DNA of 64,000 bases from Thermoplasmata archaeon (GTDB lineage Archaea > Thermoplasmatota > Thermoplasmata > Lutacidiplasmatales > UBA184). Shown here in pieces: positions 30,315 to 39,453 of this stretch; positions within the stretch are counted from its first letter, which is position 1; every line of letters starts with the position of its first letter. The position numbers and the translations under genes are program-made. The stretch lies in NCBI GenBank assembly GCA_021819135.1, contig JAKASE010000006.1:18165-82164 (forward strand), written 5' to 3'. A model generated the notes under the pieces. It ran no database searches and was not told the origin of the DNA. It worked only from the letters and a program-made list of their open reading frames with translations.

Positions 30315-32945
30315 ATGTCGGAGTCCGCCGCATCGACCCCGCTTCTCGAGCAGTACGAGGGCGTGAAGGCCCGCTACCCCGGCCACCTCGTCCTGTTCCG
30401 GGTCGGGGACTTCTACGAAACGTTCGGGGAGGACGCCCGCCTGCTCTCCCGGGAGCTCGACGTGGTCCTCACCGCCCGGGCCCCCGATACGCACGGCGAG
30501 CGGACCCCGATGGCGGGGGTCCCCCATCACGCGGTCGAGACCTACCTCGGTCGGCTCGTGAGGAAGGGGTACAAGGTCGCGCTCTGCGACCAGATGGAGG
30601 ACGCCCGGTTCGCGAAGGGGCTGGTGCGGCGCGAGGTGACCCGTGTCGTCACCCCCGGGACCGTCGTCGAGGACCGGATGCTGGGCGGGCCCGACCACAG
30701 CTTTCTCGTCAGCCTGACGAGCCCGCGTGTCGGCCCGGGACGGTTCGCCGCCGTCGACATCACCACGGGCGAGTGGTTCCGCGGCGAGGCGGACGGTCCC
30801 GGCGCGGAGGGGACCCTGTCGGCCGTCGCCCCGTTCCAGCCGAGGGAGATCCTCTATCCTCCTTCCGGCGGGTCGGCCCTCCTGACGGCGCTGCGGCACG
30901 AGTTCCCGACGGCCCGGCTCGAGCCCGCCCCGCCTCCGATCGCCCCCGAGGCTCTGCCGACCGCCCTCGCGAGCGCGCTCGGCGCGGCTCCGGCCTCCGT
31001 CCTCGAGGCCGACCTCACGCTCGCGGCGTACCTCCGGGCGACGCAGCCCCGGATCCTCCCACACCTCGCCCTGGTAGAGCGGGCCCGCGGGGGCCAGCGC
31101 CTCGTGCTCGATCCGAAGACCCTGCGCCATCTCGAGATCTCCCGGCCGATGAACCCGGACGATCCGGCGGGAGCGACGCTGCTCGGTGTCTGGGACGAGA
31201 GCGTGACCGCCTCCGGCCGCCGGACGCTTTCGTTCTGGCTGTCGAACCCCCTCGCCGACGTGAGGGCGATCGCCGAGCGGCAGGATTCGGTGGAGGCGTT
31301 GGTCGCCCGGGGTGCGTCGCTCGCCGAGGGGCGCGCGATCCTGCGGAAGGTCCCGGACCTCGCCCGCATCGCGACCCGGATCGCGAGCCGACGCGTCCGT
31401 CCGGTCGAGCTCGGGGTCCTGCGCGCCGGCCTGCGTTCGGCGAGCGACGCCCGCGCCTGGATCGGGAACGGACCCGGGTCGGCCCGCCTCGCCGCGCTCG
31501 CCGTGGAGCTTGAGGCCCCCCCGGAGCTCGCGCATCTGCTCGAGTCCGCCCTGCCCGATGCCTTTCCCCCGGGCGAGGAGGACGCCGAGCGCTTCCGCCC
31601 GGGTCATGCGCCGGACGTCGATCGCTGGCGGGCGGCCGAACGGACCGCGCTCGACGCGCTCGCCTCCCTCGAGAAGGAGGAGCAGGAGGCGACGGGGATC
31701 CGCACCCTCAAGATCGGCTACAACCAGGTCTTCGGCTACTACCTCGAGGTGACGAAGCCGCACCTCGCCCGGGTGCCCGAGCGGTTCCGGCGACGTCAGA
31801 CCGTCGCCCAGGCAGAGCGGTTCACCTCCGACCGGCTCGAGGAGGTCGAACGGCGGATCCTCGAGGCTCAGGAGGAGGCGGAGCAGGCCGAGGCGGCGCG
31901 CTGGGAGGAGCTTCTCTCGGCCCTCGACCGGCAGGTGGCGGCCGTTCATCGGATCTCCCGCGCGGTCGGCGAGCTGGACGCGCTCGGAACGTTCGCCCAC
32001 CTCGCCCAGACGCGGGGGTACGTCCGCCCGACGGTCGACGCGTCGACCGGGATCGTCATCCGGGACGGCCGCCACCCGGTCCTCGACCGGCTCCTCGGCG
32101 AATCGTTCGTGCCGAACGACACCGAGCTCGATGTCGCGACGCGCCGCATGATCGTGCTCACCGGCCCGAACATGTCGGGCAAGTCGACCTACATGCGCCA
32201 GGTCGGCCTGCTCGTGGTCCTCGCCCAGGCGGGGTCGTTCGTGCCGGCGCGCTTCGCCCGCATCGGCCTCGTGACCCAGCTGTTCACCCGGATGGGGTTC
32301 ACGGACGAGATCGGCCGCGGGAAGTCGAGCTTCATGGTGGAGATGACCGAGGTCGCCGAGATCCTCCGCCGGGCCGACCCCCGGGCGCTCGTCCTCCTCG
32401 ACGAGGTCGGACGCGGAACGAGCACCTTCGACGGGCTCGCGATCGCGTGGGCGACCCTGCGGCACCTGCACGACTCCGTCCGGGCCCGCTGCCTCCTCGC
32501 GACGCACTACCACCAGCTCACTGACCTCGTCCGGTCGCTATCGGCCGCCGCCAACGCCCACCTCGCGGTCGCCGAAGGGGCGGACGGGATCGTCTTCCTC
32601 CATCGCCTCGTCCCCGGCGCCACCGACCGCAGCTACGGCGTGCACGTCGCCCGCCTCGCCGGCGTCCCGGAGCCGGTGCTCGAGGAGGCCGAGCGCACCC
32701 TACGCCGGCTCGAGTCGGAGGGGGTCGGCCTCCGGCCGTCGCGGGCGGTCCGCGCCCGATCCCCGAAGTACACCCAGGCGGTCCTGGTTCCCGCGACCGA
32801 CCCCTCCTCCGACGGGGTGCGGACGGCCCTCGATGCGCTCGAGGTGGACCGACTCTCCCCCGAGGAGGCGCTCCGGGCGCTGCGGGAGCTCAAGCGGCGC
32901 GCCTCGACGGCCGACCCTGCGCCGGGGACGGAGCGCTCGTCGTGA
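30315..32945 (+). CDS. mutS: DNA mismatch repair protein MutS (bacterial MutS1 type)
   Basis: Starts MSESAASTPLLEQYEGVKARYPGHLVLFRVGDFYETFGEDA (mismatch-binding domain) and carries Walker A GPNMSGKSTYMRQ. The track start at 30201 falls inside tRNA-Ser; the real ATG is at 30315. Confidence 0.93.
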   Translation: MSESAASTPLLEQYEGVKARYPGHLVLFRVGDFYETFGEDARLLSRELDVVLTARAPDTHGERTPMAGVPHHAVETYLGRLVRKGYKVALCDQMEDARFAKGLVRREVTRVVTPGTVVEDRMLGGPDHSFLVSLTSPRVGPGRFAAVDITTGEWFRGEADGPGAEGTLSAVAPFQPREILYPPSGGSALLTALRHEFPTARLEPAPPPIAPEALPTALASALGAAPASVLEADLTLAAYLRATQPRILPHLALVERARGGQRLVLDPKTLRHLEISRPMNPDDPAGATLLGVWDESVTASGRRTLSFWLSNPLADVRAIAERQDSVEALVARGASLAEGRAILRKVPDLARIATRIASRRVRPVELGVLRAGLRSASDARAWIGNGPGSARLAALAVELEAPPELAHLLESALPDAFPPGEEDAERFRPGHAPDVDRWRAAERTALDALASLEKEEQEATGIRTLKIGYNQVFGYYLEVTKPHLARVPERFRRRQTVAQAERFTSDRLEEVERRILEAQEEAEQAEAARWEELLSALDRQVAAVHRISRAVGELDALGTFAHLAQTRGYVRPTVDASTGIVIRDGRHPVLDRLLGESFVPNDTELDVATRRMIVLTGPNMSGKSTYMRQVGLLVVLAQAGSFVPARFARIGLVTQLFTRMGFTDEIGRGKSSFMVEMTEVAEILRRADPRALVLLDEVGRGTSTFDGLAIAWATLRHLHDSVRARCLLATHYHQLTDLVRSLSAAANAHLAVAEGADGIVFLHRLVPGATDRSYGVHVARLAGVPEPVLEEAERTLRRLESEGVGLRPSRAVRARSPKYTQAVLVPATDPSSDGVRTALDALEVDRLSPEEALRALRELKRRASTADPAPGTERSS

Positions 32946-34732
32946 ACGACCCCGGCCGGACCCCGCGTCGTCCGATCGGCCGTCTCTCCCCGGACACGGT
33001 CGAACGGATCGCCGCGGGGGAGGTCGTGGAGCGTCCGGCGTCGGTCGTGAAGGAGCTGGTCGAGAACGCCGTCGACGCCCGTGCCTCCACCGTGACCGTC
33101 CGGCTCACGAACGGGGGCCTTTCGAAGATCGAGGTCTCCGATGATGGGGAAGGAATCCCGCCGGACGAGCTCGATCTCGCTGTCGAGCGGCACGCGACAA
33201 GCAAGCTCGCGCCCGAGGGACCGATCGAGCGGATCGGGACGCTTGGGTTCCGCGGCGAGGCGCTGGCCGCGATCGCGACCGTCTCCCGTCTCCTCCTCCT
33301 CTCCCGACCGGCGGACCGGGACGGGGCCCAGGGGATCCGCGTGGTCGGGGGCCGAAGGACCGGACGCACGAAGGCCCCGCGGTCCGTGGGGACGACCGTC
33401 GAGGTCGCGGAGCTGTTCTTCAACACGCCGGCACGGCGCAAGTTCCTCCGGAGCCCCGCCTCCGAGCAGCTCGAGGTCGTCCGGGCGGTCGAGCGTCAGT
33501 ACCTCGCGCGCCCCACCGTCAGCCTGCGCCTCGAGTCCGAGGGGCGGGAGGTCGCGACGTACCCGGCGACGGGCGACCTCGCCGACGCCGCCGCGCGGGT
33601 CCTGGGGGTCGAGTTCCTGCACCGGTCGTTCGGTGTCGCGGGAGAAGTGCCGGGAGGCCGGGTCGTCGGTTTCCTGGGGCGGCCTCCCCTCGCCGGTGCG
33701 TCCACCGGCGGTCTCTACCTCGCGATCAACGGGAGACCGGTGACCTCCCGGCCGATCCAGCAGGCGGTGCGAGCGGCGTTCGGCGACTCCCTGCCGAGGG
33801 CCCGTTTCCCGGTCGGGGCATTGCACCTCGACCTCGCGCCGGAGCGGCTGGACGTCAACGTCCATCCGACGAAGCGCGAGGTCCGCGTGGCGGACGAACG
33901 GGCGGTAGCGGAGTCGCTACGGCGGACGATACGGGAGGCGCTCCTCACGTCGCCGGAAGTGGCCGAGGCCCCCCCGGGGGCGGGCGCCCCGTGGGGAGGG
34001 CCCGGGAGCTCGGTCCGACCGCCCGTTCCGGGGGCGGCGCCGGTCGGGGCGGCACCATCGGCCGCTTCGCGCCGGCCCGGGGAAGTCCGCACCCAGCGTC
34101 GGCTCGACGCCGGCGGGACCGAGAGCCGCCCCGTGACCGCCGGGGGAGAGCGACGATCCCCGCTCGTGCTCCTCGGCTGCCTCGATGCGCTCTACTGGGT
34201 CGCCGACTCCGGCGACGGGCTCGTCCTGGTCGACCAGCACGCGGCGAGCGAGCGCCTGCTCTACGAATCGCTGCGGTCCGGCCGACCGCTGGGCCGGCAG
34301 ACCCTGGTCGAGCCCCTCACGGTCGTGCTCACCGGGGCCGAGCGGGCCGCTCTGGCGGCGCACGCCGAGGAGGTCGAACGATCGGGATTCTCCGTCGAGC
34401 CGTTCGGCCCCGAGACCTACCGCGTCCGGTCCGTGCCGTCCTACCGCGGTCGACGGGTCCGGGCCGAGACGGTCACCGTCCTTCTGGACGAGCTCGCCCG
34501 CGGTGGCCGGCCGACCGTCGCCGAGGGGCTCCAGGAGCGTACCGCCGCCACCCTCGCCTGCCACGCGGCGATCCGCGCGGGCGACCCGGTGGCCGCCGAG
34601 GAGTTCGCCCGGGTCCTCGAAGCCCTCCACGCGCTCCCCGGGGCCCCGTCGACCTGCCCGCACGGACGCCCGATCATGGTCGGCGTCCCCCGCAGCCGCC
34701 TCGACCGCTGGTTCCTCCGGAGCGGTGGATGA
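32942..34732 (+). CDS. mutL: DNA mismatch repair protein MutL, endonuclease-proficient type
   Basis: GHKL ATPase N-terminus (IAAGEVVERPASVVKELVENAVDA). The C-terminal domain carries the endonuclease motif DQHAASERLLYE, i.e. DQHA(x)2E(x)4E. The GTG start overlaps the mutS stop (GTGA). Confidence 0.9.
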   Translation: MNDPGRTPRRPIGRLSPDTVERIAAGEVVERPASVVKELVENAVDARASTVTVRLTNGGLSKIEVSDDGEGIPPDELDLAVERHATSKLAPEGPIERIGTLGFRGEALAAIATVSRLLLLSRPADRDGAQGIRVVGGRRTGRTKAPRSVGTTVEVAELFFNTPARRKFLRSPASEQLEVVRAVERQYLARPTVSLRLESEGREVATYPATGDLADAAARVLGVEFLHRSFGVAGEVPGGRVVGFLGRPPLAGASTGGLYLAINGRPVTSRPIQQAVRAAFGDSLPRARFPVGALHLDLAPERLDVNVHPTKREVRVADERAVAESLRRTIREALLTSPEVAEAPPGAGAPWGGPGSSVRPPVPGAAPVGAAPSAASRRPGEVRTQRRLDAGGTESRPVTAGGERRSPLVLLGCLDALYWVADSGDGLVLVDQHAASERLLYESLRSGRPLGRQTLVEPLTVVLTGAERAALAAHAEEVERSGFSVEPFGPETYRVRSVPSYRGRRVRAETVTVLLDELARGGRPTVAEGLQERTAATLACHAAIRAGDPVAAEEFARVLEALHALPGAPSTCPHGRPIMVGVPRSRLDRWFLRSGG

Positions 34733-35274
34733 GTCCGTCCCGCCGCCTCTCGGAGGCGGAGATCGTCCGGGTCGTCGCCCGCCACCTCGAGGCCGAAGGC
34801 TACGCGGTACGGGTGGACCCCGACGGCACCGACTACTTCGACCTTGTCGCCCGCCGCGGCCCGGAGATCGGCCTGATCGAGGCGAAGGTCGCGGATTCCC
34901 GGGAGGTCCTCGCGCAGGCCCTGCGACGCCGGGGATGGGGGGACTGGTCGGCGGTCGTCCTCGGCTCCCCGATCTCGGCCGCCCGGCTCGTGGGCCGGAC
35001 CGTGGGGACCCGGGCCGAGCCGGTCGGGGTCTGGAGCATCGACCGTGGCTCGGTGCGCGTGCACCGCGTCGCGCGACCGTGGGTGATCGCGGGAACGCCC
35101 GACCCGTACGAGACGCTGCGCGCCCGGTTCCGGCGCGTGCTGGACGCCCTCGACGCGCACGACCTGCCCGAGGGGGTCCGATGGGACGGGGTGGTCGGCG
35201 AGGTCCGCCGGGCGTCGGGCGGGCGCCGGTTCTCCGAGTGGCGGCTCGACGAGCCGGACCCGCGCGCTCCCTAG
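34729..35274 (+). CDS. PD-(D/E)xK nuclease, Hjc (Holliday junction resolvase)-like fold, with a C-terminal extension
   Basis: 181 aa. SEAEIVRVVARHLEAEGYAV...YFDLVARRGPEIGLIEAKV matches the Hjc catalytic quartet (E...D...E-x-K). The ATG overlaps the mutL stop (ATGA). Confidence 0.6.
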   Translation: MSPSRRLSEAEIVRVVARHLEAEGYAVRVDPDGTDYFDLVARRGPEIGLIEAKVADSREVLAQALRRRGWGDWSAVVLGSPISAARLVGRTVGTRAEPVGVWSIDRGSVRVHRVARPWVIAGTPDPYETLRARFRRVLDALDAHDLPEGVRWDGVVGEVRRASGGRRFSEWRLDEPDPRAP

Positions 35275-36410
35275 CGCGACCGGCCGGACGGCGCGACCGC
35301 CTCGAGGACACGGGCCGGGTCGAAGCGCGTGGCGTACGCGCGCCCGTCCGAGACGGAAGCACGGATCGCCGCCGGGTCGGCGGCGAGCTCGGCCAGGGTC
35401 GAGGCGATGTCGCCCGGGTCGTCGGAGGGAGGAGTGTGCACCGCGCTCCGGGCGCGGTCGGGCAGCGTGGCCGACTCCGTCGCGACGACCGCGCATCCGC
35501 CGACCTGCGCGAAGATGAGGCCGGGGTCGAAGCCGGTGGAGCGGGGCACGAGGAGCGCGATGTCGGCGGCGGCGAAGCAGCTCGAGAACGTGGCCGGGTC
35601 CCGGGCCGGTACGGCGACCAGTCCCGGGTCGCTCGGCGAGTCGAGGCCCGCGACGATGAGCCGGACCCCCGGGAAGAGGGGTCGTATGCGGCGGAACCCT
35701 TCCCGGACCAGGTCGAGGCGCGCGTCCTCGGGACGCTCGGTGGCCGCCGGCGCGACGATCGTCGGAACATCCGGCGGGATCCCCAGCGCCGCCCGCGCCT
35801 TCTCCCGGGACGGCGGCTCGGGCAGCCTCGGGACGACCGGGGGCACCGTGCGGAGTCGGTCCGCCTCGATCCGGTGGGTGCGCCGGAGCGCCTCCCCGAT
35901 CTCGGGCCGCTCCACAACGAGGGTGTCCGCCTCGGTCAGGGCCTCGCGTTCGAGCCGGCGGATCGCCCGGCGGTCGCGCCAGCGGTCGATGCGATCCCCG
36001 AGACCGCCGACCGGGCCCGGCCCCTCCGAGTCGATCGCCTCCACCTCGAGCCGTCGGACGAAGGCGACGACGCGGGCGCGCCGGCCCGGCCGCCCCGGGA
36101 CCCCGAGGGCTCCGAGCCCGGCCGGGTCCCGAAGGACGAGCTCCGTGTCCTCCTGCAGCATCCGACCGGCGGCCCGCGCGAAGTCGGCCGCCTCGAGGGC
36201 GGCGCCCGGCCGACGGATCGGGTATCCGATCGGAACCCCGGTCACTCCCTCGGGGTCCGGACCTCCGAGGGTCCCCTTCGGGAAGAGGACCCGCACGGAG
36301 CCGCCGGCCGCGTGGGCGGCCGACGCGAGCGCCCACGCCGCGGCGATCGGGTCGTAGGGGTCCCGGGGCGCCGGACCGGCCGCCACGAGGTCGATCCGCC
36401 GGGACTCCAT
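35271..36410 (-). CDS. glycosyltransferase family 4 (GT1 fold)
   Basis: C-terminal GT-B sugar-donor domain motifs are present (LVLVGGL..., E..G..V.EA). Converges on the nuclease gene with a 4-nt overlap. Confidence 0.65.
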   Translation of the reverse strand: MESRRIDLVAAGPAPRDPYDPIAAAWALASAAHAAGGSVRVLFPKGTLGGPDPEGVTGVPIGYPIRRPGAALEAADFARAAGRMLQEDTELVLRDPAGLGALGVPGRPGRRARVVAFVRRLEVEAIDSEGPGPVGGLGDRIDRWRDRRAIRRLEREALTEADTLVVERPEIGEALRRTHRIEADRLRTVPPVVPRLPEPPSREKARAALGIPPDVPTIVAPAATERPEDARLDLVREGFRRIRPLFPGVRLIVAGLDSPSDPGLVAVPARDPATFSSCFAAADIALLVPRSTGFDPGLIFAQVGGCAVVATESATLPDRARSAVHTPPSDDPGDIASTLAELAADPAAIRASVSDGRAYATRFDPARVLEAVAPSGRSR

Positions 36411-36474
36411 CGGCGCGCTCGCAGTCGCCGGCAAGCGAAAAACGTTCCGTCGCTCGGGACGTTCGGCGTCCGGG

Positions 36475-37983
36475 TCAGGCGGTGAGCCCGAGGTCCCGCA
36501 CGAACGAGTGTCCCGCGAGCCCGGAGGGAAGCGGCAGCCCCATCCCCTCGAGGATCGTCGGGGCGAGGTCGAGGAGGCTGAACGGGGTCGTCACCGAGCG
36601 CGGCGTCACCCCGTCCCCCGCCCCGATCAGGATCCCGTCCATCCGGTGGGTGCCGGTGCCGTAGAAGTACGTCGGGCGGTCGCGGATGAACGGCTGCGGA
36701 TAGCTGAAGTCCATCCTCGGCTCGGTGCACATGCCGTCGACGCGGATCAAGAGGGACGGACCCCGTCCGGTCGCGGCGTGGTAGAGGTCGGTCGGACCGA
36801 GGACCTCGATATGGGCATCCGGGAACGCTTCGAGGCGGGCCCGGATCTCCTTCAGGAGCTCCGCGCGGCGCTCGGGGGTGAGGTCGGGGTTGTACGGGTT
36901 GAGGTAGATCCCCTCGGGGACCGGATAGGAGAACGCGACCGTGCGCTTCCAGTCGATGCGGTTCGCCACCTCCTCGAAGGTCGTCCGACCCTTCACGAGC
37001 TCGGCGAGCTCGGCGCGCCGGCCGTCCCGGACGAAGTCGGCGAGCCGGCGGGTGATCGTCCGCGCGATGCCGAGGCGCTGGGAGTACAGGAGGCAGCGCG
37101 AGAGGAAGTTCCGCCGGCCGAGGCCCTCGCCCTCGCGGAAGATGAGGTAGCGCTGGTCGGCGAGCCACCGGTTCGTGAACAGCTCGGAGTGGATCGCGCC
37201 GTGTCCGTGGTCGCTGATGACGAGCGTGATCGTGGGTCCCCCGCCCGCGCGGAAGGCCCGGTCGACCTCCCGGCACGCCCGGTCCACGGCCCGCCAGAAT
37301 CCGAGGAGGTCCGCGCCGATCTCGGCGACGGGCCGGCTGAGCTCGGACCAGTGCTGGTGCTCCACGCGGTCGGTCTCGCGGAAGAGGGCGAAGAGGAAGT
37401 CCGGCCGGTGGTGCTCCGCGAGCGCCGCCGCCGCCCGCCCCCGGGTGAGGACGTCCCGGGTCGCGGTCTTGAGCCACTCCGTCCGCTCGTGGTCCCGGTA
37501 CGGTGGAAGCTCGCCGGGGTAGGCGCCTCCGATCGAGCTCTCGATCTCGGCGCGCACCTCCTTCGGGTACGTCGGGGAGTGCTCGGAGAACATGCCGGGA
37601 ACGACGAACCCGTGCAGGGCGTAGGGAGCGCTCACCGGGAAGTTGACGATGCCGACCGTCGCCCCCCAGCGCGAGAGCCGGTCCCAGAACGCCTCCGCGG
37701 GACGGAACGTCTGCACGACCTTCGATCGGCCGGGGCCCCCGTCCGGCTCGGTGAAGCCGTAGATCCCGAGCTCCCCCGGGTCCTTGCCGGTCGCGAACGA
37801 GTACCAGGCCGGGATCGTCTTCGCCGGGTAGACCGAGCGCAGGGGGGCCCGGACCCCTCGGTGGACGAGCGAGCGAAGGAACGGGAGCTCCCCCGCCTCC
37901 ATGAGCGGGTCCAGAAGGTCGAACGTTCCCCCGTCCAACCCCAGTACCAAGAAACGCCGCGAAGGTTGCTGCATGAAGGCCAT
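36475..37983 (-). CDS. alkaline phosphatase superfamily protein (type I phosphodiesterase/nucleotide pyrophosphatase-like)
   Basis: VLGLDGGTFDLL and ISDHGH are metal-ligand motifs of the AlkP superfamily. The likely start is MAFMQQPSRRFLVLG at 37983, with TTTATA about 45 nt upstream on the minus strand. Confidence 0.75.
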   Translation of the reverse strand: MAFMQQPSRRFLVLGLDGGTFDLLDPLMEAGELPFLRSLVHRGVRAPLRSVYPAKTIPAWYSFATGKDPGELGIYGFTEPDGGPGRSKVVQTFRPAEAFWDRLSRWGATVGIVNFPVSAPYALHGFVVPGMFSEHSPTYPKEVRAEIESSIGGAYPGELPPYRDHERTEWLKTATRDVLTRGRAAAALAEHHRPDFLFALFRETDRVEHQHWSELSRPVAEIGADLLGFWRAVDRACREVDRAFRAGGGPTITLVISDHGHGAIHSELFTNRWLADQRYLIFREGEGLGRRNFLSRCLLYSQRLGIARTITRRLADFVRDGRRAELAELVKGRTTFEEVANRIDWKRTVAFSYPVPEGIYLNPYNPDLTPERRAELLKEIRARLEAFPDAHIEVLGPTDLYHAATGRGPSLLIRVDGMCTEPRMDFSYPQPFIRDRPTYFYGTGTHRMDGILIGAGDGVTPRSVTTPFSLLDLAPTILEGMGLPLPSGLAGHSFVRDLGLTA

Positions 37984-38024
37984 CCGCCCGCGGACGGAGA
38001 ATGCCTCGACCAGCGGGACTCGCG

Positions 38025-38030
38025 TATAAA
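38025..38030 (-). promoter_or_regulatory. TATA box (TTTATA on the minus strand) for the AlkP-family gene
   Basis: Lies 42-47 nt upstream of the ATG at 37983, immediately outside the IS left end. Confidence 0.45.
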
Positions 38031-38056
38031 GTGTTTCGTCCTGCCGGGCCGTAGCT

Positions 38057-39403
38057 CTCGGCGAAGTGGTGTGTGGAAATCGGTAGACGGCGCCCCTGAC
38101 GGGACCGGCCATCAATAGGCACCTCCGCTCAAATACCTGCGGAGGGCGAGCTCATACGTCGCCCGACGGGTCTTGCGGGCCAGCAGCATCACGAGCTGGT
38201 TGAGCAGACCACTGCCCCAGCGTGCCCACTTCCGTTTGCACCGATCGGCGATCATTCCCATCACTCGCTCGGCTCCATTCGAGGTAGCCGGGAGCGAGAT
38301 CCCGTGCGCTGCCACCTCGGCGAAGACGACCAGCGCCTTCGCCTGCCGACGGACCCACTGCGCCGACCGAGGGCAGGCGCCTCGGTCGAGGCGCTGGGCC
38401 ACGGCCTCGAGCTCCGTCAGGGTGCTCCGCACCCGGTCGGTGATCGCCCACCACTCCTGCCGAAGCCGATGGTACTCGACCGAGTTCCTCAGGTGCGCCA
38501 AGAGGTTCCGCATCGGGGCGAGGATCGCCTCCCGGTCGAGGAGTCCCACGCCCTCCTCCTGGAGCGTGGCGCCCAGCGACCGAACGAAGTGTACGTGGCA
38601 CAGTTGGTGGAACTCGACCGGGTGGGCCATCAGTCCGAGATCGCCGTCGGTCACGAGGTGAGTGACCGTCTCGTGCTCGAGGACCGAGGCCGGAGTGCCC
38701 TCGACCTTCACCTCGGCGAGGTGGGCGTGATGGTCCGGGTCCATCGTGATCGCCACGTGGACCCCGACCTGGCGCACGCCCCTCTGCTGGCTCTTCACGA
38801 AGGTCGAGTCGGCCTCGTGAACGGAACGCGCGACCGGGGGCGGGGTGGACGGGGCGTGGAGCGCGTGCTTCACCCCCGGGGCGATCTCCTGCACGAAGTC
38901 CCAGATCGTGCGGCGAGGGACTCGGAGCCCGATCGTCCGCTCGATCGCCTCGGAGGCGTCCCCGAACGACGTGCGGGTGGCCATCTCCGCCGCCGCGGCT
39001 CGGAGCTCACGGGTGTAGCGCTTCTTCCCAAGACCGAGGGCCGTGAGGAGGGGAGAGAAGGTCTGTCCGTGCAGTCGGTCCTGGACCCGACGGGGGCGGA
39101 GGTCCGCCGTCCCGAGGTGCGTGACGAGCCGACGAGGGCGGGAACCATGGCCGACGAACCTCGGTCGCCCGTTCGGAAGGGTGAACCGACGGAGTTCCTC
39201 GAGGAGGAACACCTCCATCTCCTCGAAGACGGCGCGGAGGGCGTCAACTCCTCGGTGGTAGGCTTCGTTCAGCAGTCGGGTAAGCTCTATCGGTCGGATT
39301 TCCTCTATCTTCACGGGCCTCTCCTCCTGTTGGGTTCTTGCGGTTCCCACCAGGGGAGAGGTTCCCCCGCCGTCTACCTATTCTCGCACACTACCCTCGG
39401 CGA
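38057..39403. mobile_element. insertion sequence (about 1.35 kb) carrying a single DDE transposase gene and imperfect terminal inverted repeats of about 36 bp
   Basis: Left end CTCGGCGAAGTGGTGTGTGGAAATCGGTAGACGGCG matches the reverse complement of the right end CGCCGTCTACCTATTCTCGCACACTACCCTCGGCGAG at about 75% identity, with a shared GGTAGACGGCG block. I found no target-site duplication. Confidence 0.6.
38112..39350 (-). CDS. IS transposase (DDE type; IS256/mutator-like features, family tentative)
   Basis: 412 aa with a GTG start. It has an HQLCHVHFVRSL motif resembling the IS256 QRCxVHKxRN box, and a C-terminal TSNGAERVMGMIADRCKRK (N-x2-E...K) motif typical of DDE transposases. Confidence 0.7.
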   Translation of the reverse strand: MGTARTQQEERPVKIEEIRPIELTRLLNEAYHRGVDALRAVFEEMEVFLLEELRRFTLPNGRPRFVGHGSRPRRLVTHLGTADLRPRRVQDRLHGQTFSPLLTALGLGKKRYTRELRAAAAEMATRTSFGDASEAIERTIGLRVPRRTIWDFVQEIAPGVKHALHAPSTPPPVARSVHEADSTFVKSQQRGVRQVGVHVAITMDPDHHAHLAEVKVEGTPASVLEHETVTHLVTDGDLGLMAHPVEFHQLCHVHFVRSLGATLQEEGVGLLDREAILAPMRNLLAHLRNSVEYHRLRQEWWAITDRVRSTLTELEAVAQRLDRGACPRSAQWVRRQAKALVVFAEVAAHGISLPATSNGAERVMGMIADRCKRKWARWGSGLLNQLVMLLARKTRRATYELALRRYLSGGAY

Positions 39404-39453
39404 GAGATGGGGAAGGGCGGCCCGTCCGGTGGAGGGCCGGATCGGCCGATCGA

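Noticed and set aside
30276-32513. 745-aa minus-strand ORF antisense to mutS; also the 1165-aa and 715-aa ORFs antisense to alaS (50869-53016), the 36508-38118 + ORF, the 39514-41457 + ORF and the 55765-57300 + ORF
   Set aside because: All are antisense to strongly conserved genes, with low-complexity translations. I treat them as the expected by-product of a GC content of about 70%.
34729-35274. Considered calling the post-mutL nuclease NucS/EndoMS or MutH
   Set aside because: NucS has its RecB-like nuclease domain at the C-terminus after an N-terminal dimerisation domain, whereas here the catalytic motif is N-terminal. The MutH motif spacing also differs. The sequence pattern fits Hjc best, so I use a generic PD-(D/E)xK/Hjc-like call.
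38040-39440. Target-site duplication flanking the IS
   Set aside because: I found no convincing direct repeat of 4-10 bp at either candidate boundary. The IS ends are therefore approximate.
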